DNA from: Octopus sinensis
Taxonomy: Eukaryota
NCBI RefSeq assembly: GCF_006345805.1
Contig: NC_043013.1
Span: 21,390,001-21,454,000, forward strand
Reading direction: 5' to 3'
DNA: 64,000 bases
Shown here: positions 24,131 to 37,661 of the stretch, piece after piece
Numbering within the stretch: the first letter of the stretch is position 1
Layout of the letters: every line of letters begins with the position of its first letter
Made by a program: the position numbers and the translations under genes
The notes under the pieces: model-generated
What the model was told of the DNA's origin: nothing
The model's database searches: none
What the model saw: only the letters and a program-made list of their open reading frames with translations

Positions 24131-24199
24131 TAACTGGTACTTATTTTATCTACCTCGAAAGGATAGGATGGAAGGCTGGATTTGAACTCAGGAAGGACA

Positions 24200-24345
24200 C
24201 TCGGTGGATGTAGCTACCCTCATTTGCCCCACTTGCTGTGAGGTATGCTCATCTGCGACTCTCGACAGGAAAAAGTCAAGCCTTGATTTAAAAACGCCTA
24301 CATCAACTTTGTGCAGGTTCCTCGGGCTCTTTGGGAGAATATTGA
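24200..24345 (-). mobile_element. CR1-like LINE 3' fragment (family of 2420-2748)
   Basis: NILPKSPRNLHKVDVGVFKSRLDFFLSRVADE matches LPKDLRDLHVVDIGVFKIKLDLFLSGVPDE. Confidence 0.75.
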
Positions 24346-24461
24346 ATAATATATATGATATAAATATACATAATATAAATAATATATATTATTTATTATA
24401 TTTATAGATATGTTTTATTTATATATATATATAATATAATATATATATAATATATATATAT

Positions 24462-24507
<46 letters not shown>

Positions 24508-24932
24508 TAGATTATATATATATATATATATATGTGTATTTTATATATAATGTATATAGATATAATATATATATATTATATGTAATATATATATAAATTA
24601 TATATATCTATATATATATATATATATTTATATATACATATATATATTATATATTATGTGTATTTTATATAATATATATATAGATATATAAATATATATA
24701 TAATCTATATATAATAATATATATATATATATATATAATATCATCGAACAGGATTTAAAATATGATACATATATATAATATAATATATATATCGAAACAG
24801 GATTAAAAAATATGATACATATATATATATATTATAATATATAATATATATATATATATATACTACCATAGAGCGTTAGGTATATCTATTATATATATAT
24901 ATATATATATTACTACCATAGATGCGTATAGG

Positions 24933-24964
<32 letters not shown>

Positions 24965-25365
24965 TATTATATATAATATATATATATGGAGGTAAAACGC
25001 ATGTTATTCAGATTCATTTACTTCCGACACATGTTTCGAAGATATCACTGGTATTATTCCAAAGCAATAAAATGGTGTAAAACAATGTAATCTCTTCTTT
25101 TTTCTCTTCCACTCTTTCTCTAATTCTTCTCCTCCCCCTTCACCGTTCTCTATATGTCCCTCTATCTCGCTCACTCTTCCACCTCGACTCTGTCGTTGGT
25201 CACACGTGACCAGAGGCTATCTTTCTTTCTCCTTCTTACGCTACAAGAGACAACACGCAATTTTTTTCCTGTCTCCTGTCAAAGCTTGTTTCTCCATCGT
25301 TCACCACGTCACCTCGTTATGGCCTAACAACCCTTACCGTTTGTTTTTACTGTCCTGTTTTTACT

Positions 25366-25448
25366 ATAGTTCTTGGCATCAGCTCTACTTCCCCCTTTAT
25401 AGATTGGGCATATTATTCCCTCCTTCAGCTTTCTTGGCAGTCTGCCAT
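25366..25448 (-). mobile_element. CR1/Jockey-group LINE fragment just upstream of the RT domain
   Basis: [25 protein letters not shown], the PIxKxG...NYRP motif. Confidence 0.65.
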
Positions 25449-25526
25449 TTGCAAGAAAGCTATATATGTGTGTGTGTGTATTTATGTATATACGTATATA
25501 TATATATGTATATATATAATATAATG

Positions 25527-25563
<37 letters not shown>

Positions 25564-25637
25564 CATATATATGTTATATATATATATATATAAATATATT
25601 ATAACATATATATATATATATGTATATATATTATATA

Positions 25638-25685
<48 letters not shown>

Positions 25686-25691
25686 TATATC

Positions 25692-25739
<48 letters not shown>

Positions 25740-25741
25740 TA

Positions 25742-26063
25742 AATATTATTAGAGACAAAACCACTATTTTGCAAAACACAAACAAGGAAAGACTTAATCA
25801 ATACATAAAATTTTAATAAATAGTCAAAAAAAAAACCGCCACTACAATTGTTACTTGTCTTGATCGACAATCTTCAGGTGGATCCAATAAGTCAGTTTCA
25901 AAATAATTTGAAACTGACTTATTGGAAGTCCCCTGAAGATTGTCGATCAAGACAAGTAACAATTGTAGTGGCGGTTTTTTTTGACTATTTATTAAAATTT
26001 TATGTATTGATTAAGTCTTTCCTTGTTTGTTTTGCAAAATAGTGGTTTGTCTCTAATAATATT
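25742..26063. repeat. 322-bp near-perfect palindrome (4-nt loop) with an HHR-like core in each arm
   Basis: Arms of about 159 bp pair around the loop ATAA at 25903-25906. Confidence 0.93.
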
Positions 26064-26147
26064 TTATAATTTTTACTATAAAATTGGATTTAATCCTAAA
26101 TCTGATTTTTTCCTTAAAATTTGGATTTATTCCCTATATTTATTATT

Positions 26148-26201
<54 letters not shown>

Positions 26202-26896
26202 TGAGCATGTTCAGTGAAAGCAACACCAAGAATTTTCTGTAGAAGAAAAAACAACATAACAATATTAATAGTAAAACTTATTATATATAAAGGTTGACTG
26301 CGGCTTCAAATTTAGCCTCCGAAACTCATCGAAACAGAAATTTACGCACACCCACATAAGCACTCACTTATAAGTCAGTTTTGGTATAAATTTACTTCAT
26401 CGTGTATTAATATATTCGGGTGTGTGTGTTTGTAATGTAAGTGTGGTTCTATTATTTCATTTGTAAAAATGGTGTATTTTCTTTCAGGCGTTCCATGGCG
26501 TGCGTAAGCTTTATTAACCGACACTATTCACTCGTTTTATCCATAAAACTGTTTATATTGACGACAACGTGTGAAAAGCTATGGATTCCTCATTCCTCCT
26601 ACTCAACTCAATTTAAAAAGCGTAAAAATAGATTCTGCTATCTTACAGCGATTACCTTAATTCATCATTTAATGTCCACATTTCATATTATTGTTATCGA
26701 AGGTAAAAACAACAGCTATGAAAGTGGAATAATTAAATTACGTAATCTAAAAGAGAAATTGTCAGATGGAAATATAAATAGCTCGACTCAAATGTTTCAT
26801 GCGTGGAGAATTTGATTAAAGTATCCACTGAGCGATTCACTGTTAACTATTGTTAAATTAAAGTAGTCGAGGAGAAAGAAGGAAGGCATATGTTAT

Positions 26897-26913
26897 GTAG
26901 GTAGGTTGGTAGG

Positions 26914-27007
<94 letters not shown>
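26897..27007. repeat. (GATA)n microsatellite
   Basis: Direct inspection. Confidence 0.97.
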
Positions 27008-27008
<1 letters not shown>

Positions 27009-27344
27009 TGGGAGAGCAGAGAGAGAAATGGAAAGGAAGTTATTTTAAGGATGCCCTTTCAAGTTCACTGCCACAAACGTCGACAGGGATGTTCAGGAAT
27101 AAACCAAGGTGCTACAATTCCATTTAATGGACTGATTAAATTTATCCTTATCTTTAATTTATTTATATAACATCTTGCCACTTTATTATTGCCATTGCTA
27201 CTACAGCTGCAGTTGTCTACCTTTACAAGACCTACCATAAATATCTCTACTATCAAACTTTTCTCTGATCACCAAACATTTCTGGGGAGAGACGCCGAAC
27301 CAAAAATATTGGTCACTTCATTTTGAATTGGCAGCGCATCGGAT

Positions 27345-27790
27345 AAAATACCTATTTCTTTATTACCCACAAGGGGCTAAACATAGAGGGGACAAACAAG
27401 GACAGACATAGGTATTAAGTCGATTACATTCACCCCAGTGCGTAACTGGTACTTTAATTTATCAACCCCGAAAGGATGAAAGGCAAAGTCGACCTCGGCG
27501 GAATTTGAACTCAGAATGTAACGGCAGACGAAATACCGCAAAGCATTTCGCCCGGCAGATAAAATACCATATGTTTTCACTCTGGCGCTTTGTCGTCTAA
27601 GTTCAAGTGTTGTTGAGGTCAACTTTGCTTTTCATCCTTCCGGTGTCGATAAAATAAAGTACCGGCCCAGGATGATAGGTTAGCGGAATTGGACAAAATG
27701 CTTTGCATTATTTGTCTCGGCTAATCCGCTGAGGTCGACTTTATCATTTATCCTCTCGGAGTCGATAAAATAAGTACCAGTTGAGCATTT
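27345..27790. mobile_element. SINE family B copy (-) followed by decayed (+) fragments
   Basis: Core motif at 27465-27515, with diverged cores at about 27615 and 27730. Confidence 0.8.
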
Positions 27791-27799
27791 GATTCCAGT

Positions 27800-28000
27800 T
27801 GAGCATGACCAACCGAGACTATGGATATTGTCCAAGTATCTCATTCTTGATCTGTCAATTGGTCGCCTGCAGATTGGCTCGGTTCGAAGAATCTATCTTA
27901 CGATTTGTTTCCTGCAACATTCTAATCAGGTCCGTGGTCCCGGAGCTGTCACCTCTCGATGCGGAGAAGTATGTAAGTTTCATGGAAGTTTCTATAAGTA
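27800..28000 (-). mobile_element. Old RTE-like LINE 3' fragment
   Basis: R*ILRTEPICRRPIDRSRMRYLDNI resembles the RTE C-terminal G.R..GRP..RW.D motif. Confidence 0.4.
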
Positions 28001-29228
28001 TCCATAAGTGTTCCCAGTGTATATAAGTGTTCTATTTAAAAACTGTAGAATGTAATTAGAGAGCTATTTGGCTTCTATTTCTAGCAGGTCGATGAATAAC
28101 ACAGAATGTATGTCCTGTTGTAATTGTTGTCGGGCAGCGAAATTTATTCGCCTCATCTGAGCATAAAGTTTGATCATGGATGCTGCTGTGACTCATTAGC
28201 TCCAGGTCAAGTTTAATGTTACTTTGTTAATTTGTGGTCAAAGGTGGTCCAATTGTGACCATCATGTTTTAGTATTACTTCACTAATGAATTATCCAATA
28301 GACTGTCAACATTGGAAATAGTAAATTTGGTTATTATTTTTCGCAAGTCAAACAACCAAGTCAATGTTGGTTGGTGATGATATAGTGCATGCGTTGTTAG
28401 TGGTGGTTGTGTTGCTAATGGTACCAGTGTTAACATTGAAGGTATTTGTTGATAACCTTGTTGACAGAATCGTTGGTGCATCGGACAAAATTCTTAGAGG
28501 CATTTCTTCCGGCTTTTTATGTTCTGAACAAAATTCTTAGTGGCATTTCTTCCGGCTTTTCACGCTCTGTGTTAAGGTCGACTTTGCCTTTCATCTTTTC
28601 GGAGGTCAATAAAATAAGCACCAGTTGAACATTGGTATCGATAAAATTGGCTTTCTTTTTCCTCTAAAGTGCTGGCCTTGTCCTAAAATTTGAAATAATT
28701 TACACAGCAAAGTTCTTCTTTCATTTTTATAGAACAAATGAGATTTTTTTTCAACCGTCTTTTCCAGTGTAAAGAAAACTAAATGTAAACCTCAAACAAG
28801 TAATAACAAGGTTTATACATGGTATTTTTATATAAGCTTAAATTTTTTTCCCAACCAAGCTCTTCGATCTTCTGTGATGTGATCTTTGCAGTGCGGGGTC
28901 ACGCATTGTCCTGATGAACTATCACTCCTTTTCGAGTCACTAAAGTCTTTGTGTTATTTGCCTTGTTTTCCATTTGTTTCTCTCGTTGTTCGCATACCAA
29001 AGTTTGTCTTCGTATTTCATGTCGTTTACGTTTTGTGACGTCCTGTATATGCATATATGCATATGTGTGTGTGTGTGTGTGTGTATGTACATGTATGTAT
29101 GTATATATGCATATATATTTTTTTATTTATAATATATATATATTTATATATATATATATATATTTGTGTGTGTATGTATATACAAATTCGTGTCTGTATA
29201 ACGCTATATATATTGGTTTGTGTGTACG

Positions 29229-29271
<43 letters not shown>

Positions 29272-29953
29272 TATGTATATATGTATGCATGCGTGCATGT
29301 ATGCATGTATGTACGCATTTATGTATGTATGCGCGTATATGTGTATGTATGTATATATTTATGTATGTATATATGTAAGTATGTATGTGTACAATATACC
29401 ATGATGTAATAAAGCCATAAGGAGAATTATTCTTTTTTTTGTTTGTTTTTTTCCTATTCCCTGCATTTTTTTTTTTTATTTTTTTTCCGTGTCTGAAAGG
29501 ATCGATATATCGTTGCCGTTCTCCATTCCGTCAGTTCCATTGAAACGACGTCGCCTTAGCTTTTAGTCGCTCTTCGCTTTGACAATGGAAAATAATAAAC
29601 ACAAAATTATGAATTAATGGAAATTGAAGACAAATTAAAACATTGTTATTTTATTTCTGTTATTGTTTGACTTGCTGTAGTTGTTGTTGTTCTTCTTCTT
29701 GTTATTGCTATAGTTCTAGTACTTGCTATTGCTGTTGTTGTTGCTGCTGGTGTTTTTTGTTGTTATTAGAGTTGTTGGTCTTTCTACTATAGTTGTTGTT
29801 GTTACTGTTGCTGTTGCCTTATTTCATTTTATTTTATTTTATTTTCAATCTTTAAAAATGGCTGACTCGGAATATGCTTTCAGTTGTAATTATTCTCCTC
29901 TGAGATCAACGCTCTCTCCATCTCCGCCTTTCTCCCTCCAACTCCTCCACACA

Positions 29954-29999
<46 letters not shown>

Positions 30000-30569
30000 C
30001 TCACTCTTCCTCTCTCTATGCGAATGTATGTATTCTATTTGTAACAGCACAGCAACGTTGGTGGTAGAAGTGAAACTAACAGTCGTAGTGTTAGACTCAC
30101 TTGAGTCGTTGAGCTACTACTGCTGTTGTCACTCGCGTAGTTCTAGCTGTTTTATTGCCAGTTTACCGATGTTGTTGTTGTTGTTAATGTTGGTGCTCGT
30201 GTTGATGTTATTGTTGTTATGTTGTAGTTGTTGCTGTTTTTGTCGTCTTCGTCGTCGTCGTTGTCTTAGTTGCCAATATCACTGGGTTAAATCTAGGACA
30301 GTTTCTACATTGAAGACCTCAACTGATTGAAATAGACAGCGTTAAGAAATAGGGTTTACAGCACATAGCCAATAGAACACCCTATGATAAAATACTTGAA
30401 TAAAACATCCTGTAGTTATAAAACGTAACTGATGCAACACTCATGACAACATATACCTATTACACAACAGCCTATGATAAAAATTATTCCCTTTACCTCC
30501 TAATGACAGCTATATCTACTACAAATTACTTCTTGCTATTTTTTAAATAAAAATATTATACTCCGTATA

Positions 30570-30900
30570 ATGTTATTCCCGTTCCTCCGTTTAAAGGTTT
30601 TGTCCGGTGTTGGTAAAACATTTTTTGCCAATATGCCAGACTTTCTTTAGACTTTCTCACCTCCTTCCTCTACTCAGCCAGTCTTTTTTTGGCTTTCTCA
30701 GATACTGGCAGCTTTTCTTATGAGACTGTGCCAGCAGGAAGTCTCTTCTGTGTCTTTCTGGATAAGGTCTGAAAACTTTTCGAGGCATTCAGAATTCTCT
30801 TGTAGAGTTTGCACTGTCCACCGACCGAACGTTTTTCCCCTTAGAACTCGAGTTATAAAAGACGTTTCGAAAATTTTACGAATCACCAGAATAGTACTGA
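30570..30900 (-). mobile_element. RTE-like LINE 3' fragment
   Basis: TSCWHSLIRKAASI*ESQKRLAE*RKEVRK resembles the RTE C-terminal WR..I..G...E..R segment. Confidence 0.45.
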
Positions 30901-31249
30901 AGCAGTTAGCTCCATATCTAAGACCCTCGATAGTTAGAGATATGAATCTAAAGCTATAGCCCGGATGTAGTTTATGCAGATTTCTTATAATTCGGTATGT
31001 TTACTTTTTCGTTTAACATTAGTCAAGGTTTGCTAGGCAACTAACTTCTACAACTATGTATGTATATGCGTTAGTGTATGTGTGTGTGTGTGCGCGCGCG
31101 ACAGAGAGAAAGAAAGAGAAAGAGAGAATCTGTGTGTTTTGTTTTTCTTTTTTAATTTATAGTTAATTTTGATCAACCATTTTCTTCGTAGCAGTGCTTT
31201 GAGGGAAAACATTGTTTTGTTCAGCATACTTTAATGTTAAGAAAGTTTT

Positions 31250-32230
31250 GAAGATTTATATTTTTCAAATATTATGATCATTTGTAGCGTATGAATTAAG
31301 CGGTTACATTCTCTCCCCAAGAATCCAAGTTCAGTTGTGGTTTGCTCCAGGCGGGTTCGTACTTGTCCTACTACATCGTGGGTACTGGATTTGCAAACTC
31401 TTTCTAAATGTTCCGCAAACGTTCTCTTTCTGAATTTTTCTGACTACATTAGTGTCCAGAATACAGCTGAGTTCCACAGTAAAGCATATTTTTTCTTGTG
31501 ATTCCACACAACTATATCTGGCCAGTTTTTTTTTTCAACTTGATTGTTTTAATTTTTAAATTCCACCAATAAACTTTTGATATATTGACCTCATTGTAGC
31601 TAGTTTTGTTGGTACTTTCTCTCATTTTCGTCTTAACCTGTTCCTGATTATTCTGAGCATTGTATCATCTCCATGGGAAGATAATATCTAGAAAACATTC
31701 CCTCGCAATTAGCAATAATGTGGTTGATGTCTGCAGTTTTAGCTTTGCACAGTCTACATTTGTTGTTCGTCAATGTTTTCTGCCTTTCATTCTGCTGATA
31801 CTTGGTAGGGATCTCGCTTTGGAGTTCCATGGAGGAATCCTTCAAAGTGGAATGTCACAAACATGTCGATACTCTCTACCAAGCATTAAATATGATCAAT
31901 TCCTTTTATGATTTGTGTCTTTCGTGCCAAGTACCCGTGTACTATCTTCTCAATGAACTGGTCCATGTTTTTTTTTATTTGTTCTTCTGATAAATAGATT
32001 TTATCACTGCTTATTGGAAAGGTATTTCTATCAGCTCCTATTTCATGTCCCTCCTCAAACTCATTAGCTCTCCTAATGATGTTATTGTTTTCGCTCTTCC
32101 AAACTTGGGCAATATGGTTACTGGTCTTTTTCTTTTGCTGCAGATATTGTTTCAGAATCACAATGCGTGCTTTATTATAGCATCAATTTAGATTTAAGAC
32201 CACAGCTAGCATTCTTGCGTGGGATGTATA
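31250..32230 (-). mobile_element. Decayed R4/Dong-like (RLE clade) non-LTR retrotransposon
   Basis: HFEGFLH...EIPTKY, CCHC finger CRLCKAKTADINHIIANC, then WPDIVVWNHKKK.CFTVELSC.LD.NV (PD-E endonuclease). Frameshifted. Confidence 0.8.
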
Positions 32231-32689
32231 GCCTATCTGCATCTCCAGTGATGTCGAAGTTTCCAGTTACTGAGCAGCTTGCAATGTATATGTCTTTATA
32301 CGTACAGACATTATTATATATCTTTTAAAAACATCCTTTCTGTTATTCTCCAGCTTCATTTTCTAGTGAGTGTGTGTGTGTGTGTGTGTCAATGTACTTC
32401 AAAACATCTTTGAACGATGCTACGACTTTTTGCAGCAAGAAAATAGTACCATTTCGAGTTAGTTCCATAACATGACGACTTTGAAAGTTGTCAGATAAAA
32501 AAGAAAATGGCAATTAAATTCCGGTTATCAAACTATAGAGTGTTCAAATGTTATTGCATTCGGTCTCCTACTCAGAACATTCATTAAATTACCAATGAAA
32601 AAAAAAATACGCATAACAAAATAAAACAATTCGCAGACTCCTCGGCACCATCAGTAGGAGTTTATTATCATTTCAACAACCTCTGTTAT

Positions 32690-33016
32690 TATCGCTGTTT
32701 CATCATCCTCATCATCATCATAATCATCATCATCATAATCATCATCATCAGCATCATCGTCGTCATCCGCACTGTCATCATCATCATCATCATTATCGTC
32801 GTTGTCGTCATCGTCATTGTCGTTACTGTCATTATCACAATCATCATTATCAGTATCACCAGAATCTGCATCAATTCTATCCTCATCATTTACCTTCTCT
32901 TCCCAGTGTAATCACCATAATCATCATCATCATCGTCGTCATCGACACCTTCAGCAGCTACAGCATTGACGTCATGATTATCATCCTTATTACGATCATC
33001 AGTATCATGATCGTCG

Positions 33017-33054
<38 letters not shown>

Positions 33055-33190
33055 GTCGTCGTCGTCGTCGTCGTCGTCATTGCCATCATTATTCACAATC
33101 AACATCATCATTATCATTTTCATCATCATCATTATTCTCATTAACATCATCCTCATCAACATCGGAAGCAGCAGCAGCAGCTGTTGCAGT
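32690..33190. repeat. (CAT)n/(CGT)n low-complexity tract
   Basis: Direct inspection. Confidence 0.9.
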
Positions 33191-33209
33191 ACAAGCAGTA
33201 CCAGCACCA

Positions 33210-33305
33210 TTTCTGTGGAGACACTTGCCCAAGGTGTCACGCAGTGGAACTGAACCCGGAACCATGGGGTTGGTAAGCAAGCTACTTAACACACAGCCAC
33301 TCCTC
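33210..33305 (-). mobile_element. SINE family A head fragment
   Basis: GACACTTGCCCAAGGTGTCACGCAGTGGAACTGAACCCGGAACCATG. Confidence 0.85.
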
Positions 33306-33319
33306 CAAAAACAAACGTT

Positions 33320-34172
33320 GCGATGCTTAAATAGTCTTGACTATTAATTTCGTCATGATGGGAAACCATTGGGCCGGCGGATTTCCAAGATAGAGCCCCC
33401 CCCCCGCCTTCAGATCATCACTGATCTTCCTTCATGTATAACAGTTGGAAGAAGGCAGTCTGGGTCAAATGCTTCTTTTGGTGTTCTCCACACGTATACT
33501 TGGCCGGTGGTCGGAAATAAGGTTGAAAGATGACTCGTCCGAGAAAATAACCTTCTTCCACTGCTCTAGGGACCAATTCTGTAGGTTTTTACTCTACTCT
33601 AAACGCTTTGCAACATATGTTTTTGAAAGTGGTGGTTTTCTGATAGCAGCTCTTCCTTAAAATCTGGTTTTGTGCAGCTCCTGGCTAACAGTTTTTGTGG
33701 AAACTGGGTTCTCAAGGTGGTCATTAAGCTCTGCAGTAATTTTGGGAGCTGTACTTTTGTGATCCTTTCTAACAATTCGTGTAACAGTCTATCCCTGTCT
33801 GAACGTTTTGGTTTTCTTCCAGTTTTGTTTCAACGAGGAGGTTTTTCCCTCTTTCTCAAAGGCTGTCATTACTTTCGAGACATTACTTCTAGATACACCA
33901 AACATTTCGGCTGTTTTCATTACGCTAGCCATACGAGCACCAACAATTTGACTTCTTTGAAAGTCCGATAAACCTGTCATTTTAATGAATTTTAATTACC
34001 TTTTTCTGATGATATCTGAAAAAGTCACAGCAATTTTAGCAAAACATATTAAGCAACACTAATAATAAATAAAAAAAAACATAAAAATAAATAAACTTTT
34101 GACGGTTTTATAGATATTTCAAAATTATGATGCTATGATATTAAATGTTTCCATTATTTTGTCCCATCCATG
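33320..34172 (-). mobile_element. Decayed Tc1-like transposon, 3'-truncated
   Basis: MTGLSDFQRSQIVGARM.. HTH, QNWSLEQWKKVIFSDESSF, WKSAGPMV..INSQDYLS. TIR-like end TA|CATGGATGGGACAAAATAATGGAAAC at 34172. Confidence 0.88.
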
Positions 34173-34204
34173 TATATATATACACTTATACAATATACAT
34201 AAAT

Positions 34205-34295
<91 letters not shown>
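34205..34295. repeat. (GATA)n microsatellite
   Basis: Direct inspection. Confidence 0.97.
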
Positions 34296-34296
<1 letters not shown>

Positions 34297-34983
34297 GTAT
34301 AAATATTTTTATATATTTGTCTATATATACATAATATATGTGTGTATGTACATATTTACACACGCACACACACACACACACACACATATACATATACCTA
34401 TATATATATATATATATATATATACGCACCAGTATACATGTGTGTAGTAATTGTTGAAACATGTGAGAGACGTATTTGCAGGACAAGGTAAATATAAATG
34501 TAAAATATTCCTGTTGAAAAGGCCTTGTTTCATCTATGGATGTGTGATGAATGTTTGATGGTGGAACTGTTATGAAGTTAGATCAAAGCCACACGTCAAC
34601 AATCCTTATCGACTTCAACAGAAACCTGTTTTAATAACGGAAATTTATTTTTTCTTTGTATTTATTATTTTTTTTTTTTTTGACTGAAGGTTATTTCATT
34701 TGTTTACTTATATTCTATTTTCTTTCAAATTTCTTTGTTAAGTAACACTTACTCCAATACGTAGGTTCGGCTTTGATCTTGAAGGCAGGTAACTTGGCTG
34801 AAGCAATTGCCTTTAGTGTGAAACATTACACCTGGAAATATCTCCAGCAGGAAATATATATATATATATATATATACAACCTGAATGATTATATGTACGT
34901 TATATATACATGCACATAGTTTACACACACACACACACGCGCACACATACACACGCTCACACATACACACACACACATCTATC

Positions 34984-35026
<43 letters not shown>

Positions 35027-36400
35027 TGATTTTGCAATATATTTACATCCATATATACAGTCAAAAGGCGAGAGCTAGAGACGCTCAGTATAGAAAACGT
35101 AAAAGTACTCTAAGGATTTGAACTTAAACTGTGAAATCTTTATCGAGGACTCGGTAAAGAGTAGCTATAAGAGACATCCAGGTGAGCTGTATGGAGGTAA
35201 TGATGCAGAAAAACACGATTATGCTTGACATATCTAAATAAACATACATATGCACAAATAGATACACAAATATAGATACATACATACATACATATGACTA
35301 AATATATTCAGAAGATAAGCACATAATGTTCAAGCATAAATATACAAAGAGAGAGAGAGGGGGAGAGAGAAAAAAGGGGGAAAGTGAGAGAGATGAACTT
35401 ACAAAAAGCATAAAAAATACAGAATTCTAAGGAGAAATGGCATAGCTTTTTAACTCGCCAGCTGTGTCTAGAAGCTCGGAATTTTGTAATAATCGTCATG
35501 TTCATAATTTGCAGATGGAATGTGCAAGATGTCATCGGTATTCAACAAGTAAATTGTCGTATAGATGTATTACCATAAAACTGACTTCCTTCATCAGGGG
35601 GGGGAAGAACTGACAAATCATAAGTATGCTAGGTCATACGCTAGATCTTAAGTATGTATGATAGATCATATGTATGATAGATCACAGATATGATAAATCG
35701 TAGGTAGGTATGATGGGTCATTGACATGCCAGATCATAGATGTAATGGATCATAACTATATTAGATCAATCTTGTACATACATGTCTAGCATCTACAAGA
35801 ATGTTTCACTTAGCTATGAGATATGCACCGCGAAGGCCATAATTAGGACAATTTTATTTTAAAAAGTTTTTGATGATGATAACGTTAAGAGATTTCCTAG
35901 TAACAAAATACAAACCCACAATCAGCACATAAATACAGCACAAGCAAAATAAAATCACGAAGTTTACCAAAGCTTAAAATCTTCTATAATTTGTAAATCC
36001 TGCGTTGTTAATTTTATCCGTATTTCCATGATCTTCTTGTACATAGTGCCAAGCGTGTGAGCAACGTATCATTTCATTCTGACGATGACGCCGTGAAGCT
36101 CTTGACAGACTTATTGATTTAAGAACGATATTTATCCAAACAAACCATGAATGATTAAGATGACATAAAAGGAACTAAACTCGAACAAAGTCGCGTATGT
36201 GTGTGGATATGTCTGTGTGCGCGTGTGTATCTTACCTTTGACCATATCAGGACTATAAATGATGATTAAGTTGAACGTTTGTATAGCTTCTAATACATTA
36301 TTTGCCATTCTATATTCTTATATAGACTCTCTCAAACACACGCAATCTATATTCTTATATATCTCAAACACAAGCACCCATAAATTATATATATTCGTAT

Positions 36401-36698
36401 GTGACCACGTGATTACGTGACCGACCAGTCCATCAGATGTAGTTACACATCGCTGGTCACAATGCGTTCGCATTGTTTTAGTCTTCGAATGACGCCACTC
36501 CGCTGGCTAAGCGAGCAGGCCAACAGAAGAAAGAGTGGTGAAAGTGTACAGCAGGGATCACCACCCCCTGCCGGAGCATCGTGGAGCTTTAAGGTGTTTT
36601 TGCTCAATAAACACTCACAACGCCCGATCTGGGAATCGAAACCGCGATCCTACGACCGCGAGTTCGCTGCCCTAACCACTAGGCCATTGAGCCTCCAC
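36401..36698 (-). mobile_element. tRNA-derived SINE family E
   Basis: Reverse complement of 18577-18864, with head TGTGGAGGCTCAATGGCCTAGTGGTTAGGGCAGCG. Confidence 0.87.
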
Positions 36699-37139
36699 AT
36701 ATTCATATGTATGGATGTATATTCATATTCAGTTTACTGTTCCGTTAGGGTAGGATCAACAAAAAAAGTTCTCCGTCCAGTGAGAGTAAATATTATTTAA
36801 TGCACACTGTATATCAATAAGAGCTACCAACAGTTTCTTGCCATTGAGACACGTTTCTTCCCGTTGTTTCTCGTGTGCCAGAGTTCAGTTTTTCGAATAG
36901 AACAAACTATACACCCAGAGCCAAAAGATTGCTTGGAGACCCAAGGCACAACGTATAAATCTGCTTAATTACGTGTCTCAAAATTACTAGCTCTCATTTT
37001 AATACAGCATACATTAAATTATATAATCATAGACACAGATATATACATATATAAATACATATACATACATACATACAGAAATGCATATATATACATACAT
37101 ATATGCATACATGTATGCATGTACATATGTATGTATGTA

Positions 37140-37660
37140 CAGGGTGTCCCAAATGCCACTGATGGGTTTCAGTTTTTAATAACTTTTTAATAACTTTACA
37201 AATAAATGCATGAACTTTTGAAACAATATAAAAGACATAATGGAAAGTAATATGCATCAGTCAAATTTTGCAACACCACTACATCACATATGAAAAATTA
37301 CACCACTTAAACAGCAGCTATTTTCGGCTTCGCACACCCATGCTCTTTCTAAAACTTGCACCATAACACCCTCAAGAGTTTCAGACTCTTCTCTGATTTC
37401 TCTATTGGTGTTCTCCTTCAGTTGTACCAGAGTCTCCGGTTTGTTGGCGTAAACCTTCTCTTTCAGGTAGCCCCACAAGAAAAAACCCGGGATAGTCAAG
37501 TCGGAGGAACACGAAGGCCATTCAAAGTTAGATCTCACACATGGTTCCAGCAAGATGGGGCAAGTGCTCATACTGCAAAAGAAACAATGCAGTTGCTACG
37601 GCAGTGCTTTGGAAAGAGAATAATCTCCCGCTACGGCAATGTCAACTGGACTTCACGTTC
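37140..37660. mobile_element. IS630-Tc1-mariner (maT/rosa-like) fragments in both orientations
   Basis: TA|CAGGGTGTCCC terminus. Minus strand WPSCSSDLTIPGFFLWGYLKEKVY (37284-37540). Plus strand WFQQDGASAHTAKETMQLL..ISRYG..W (37541-37660). Confidence 0.85.
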
Positions 37661-37661
37661 T

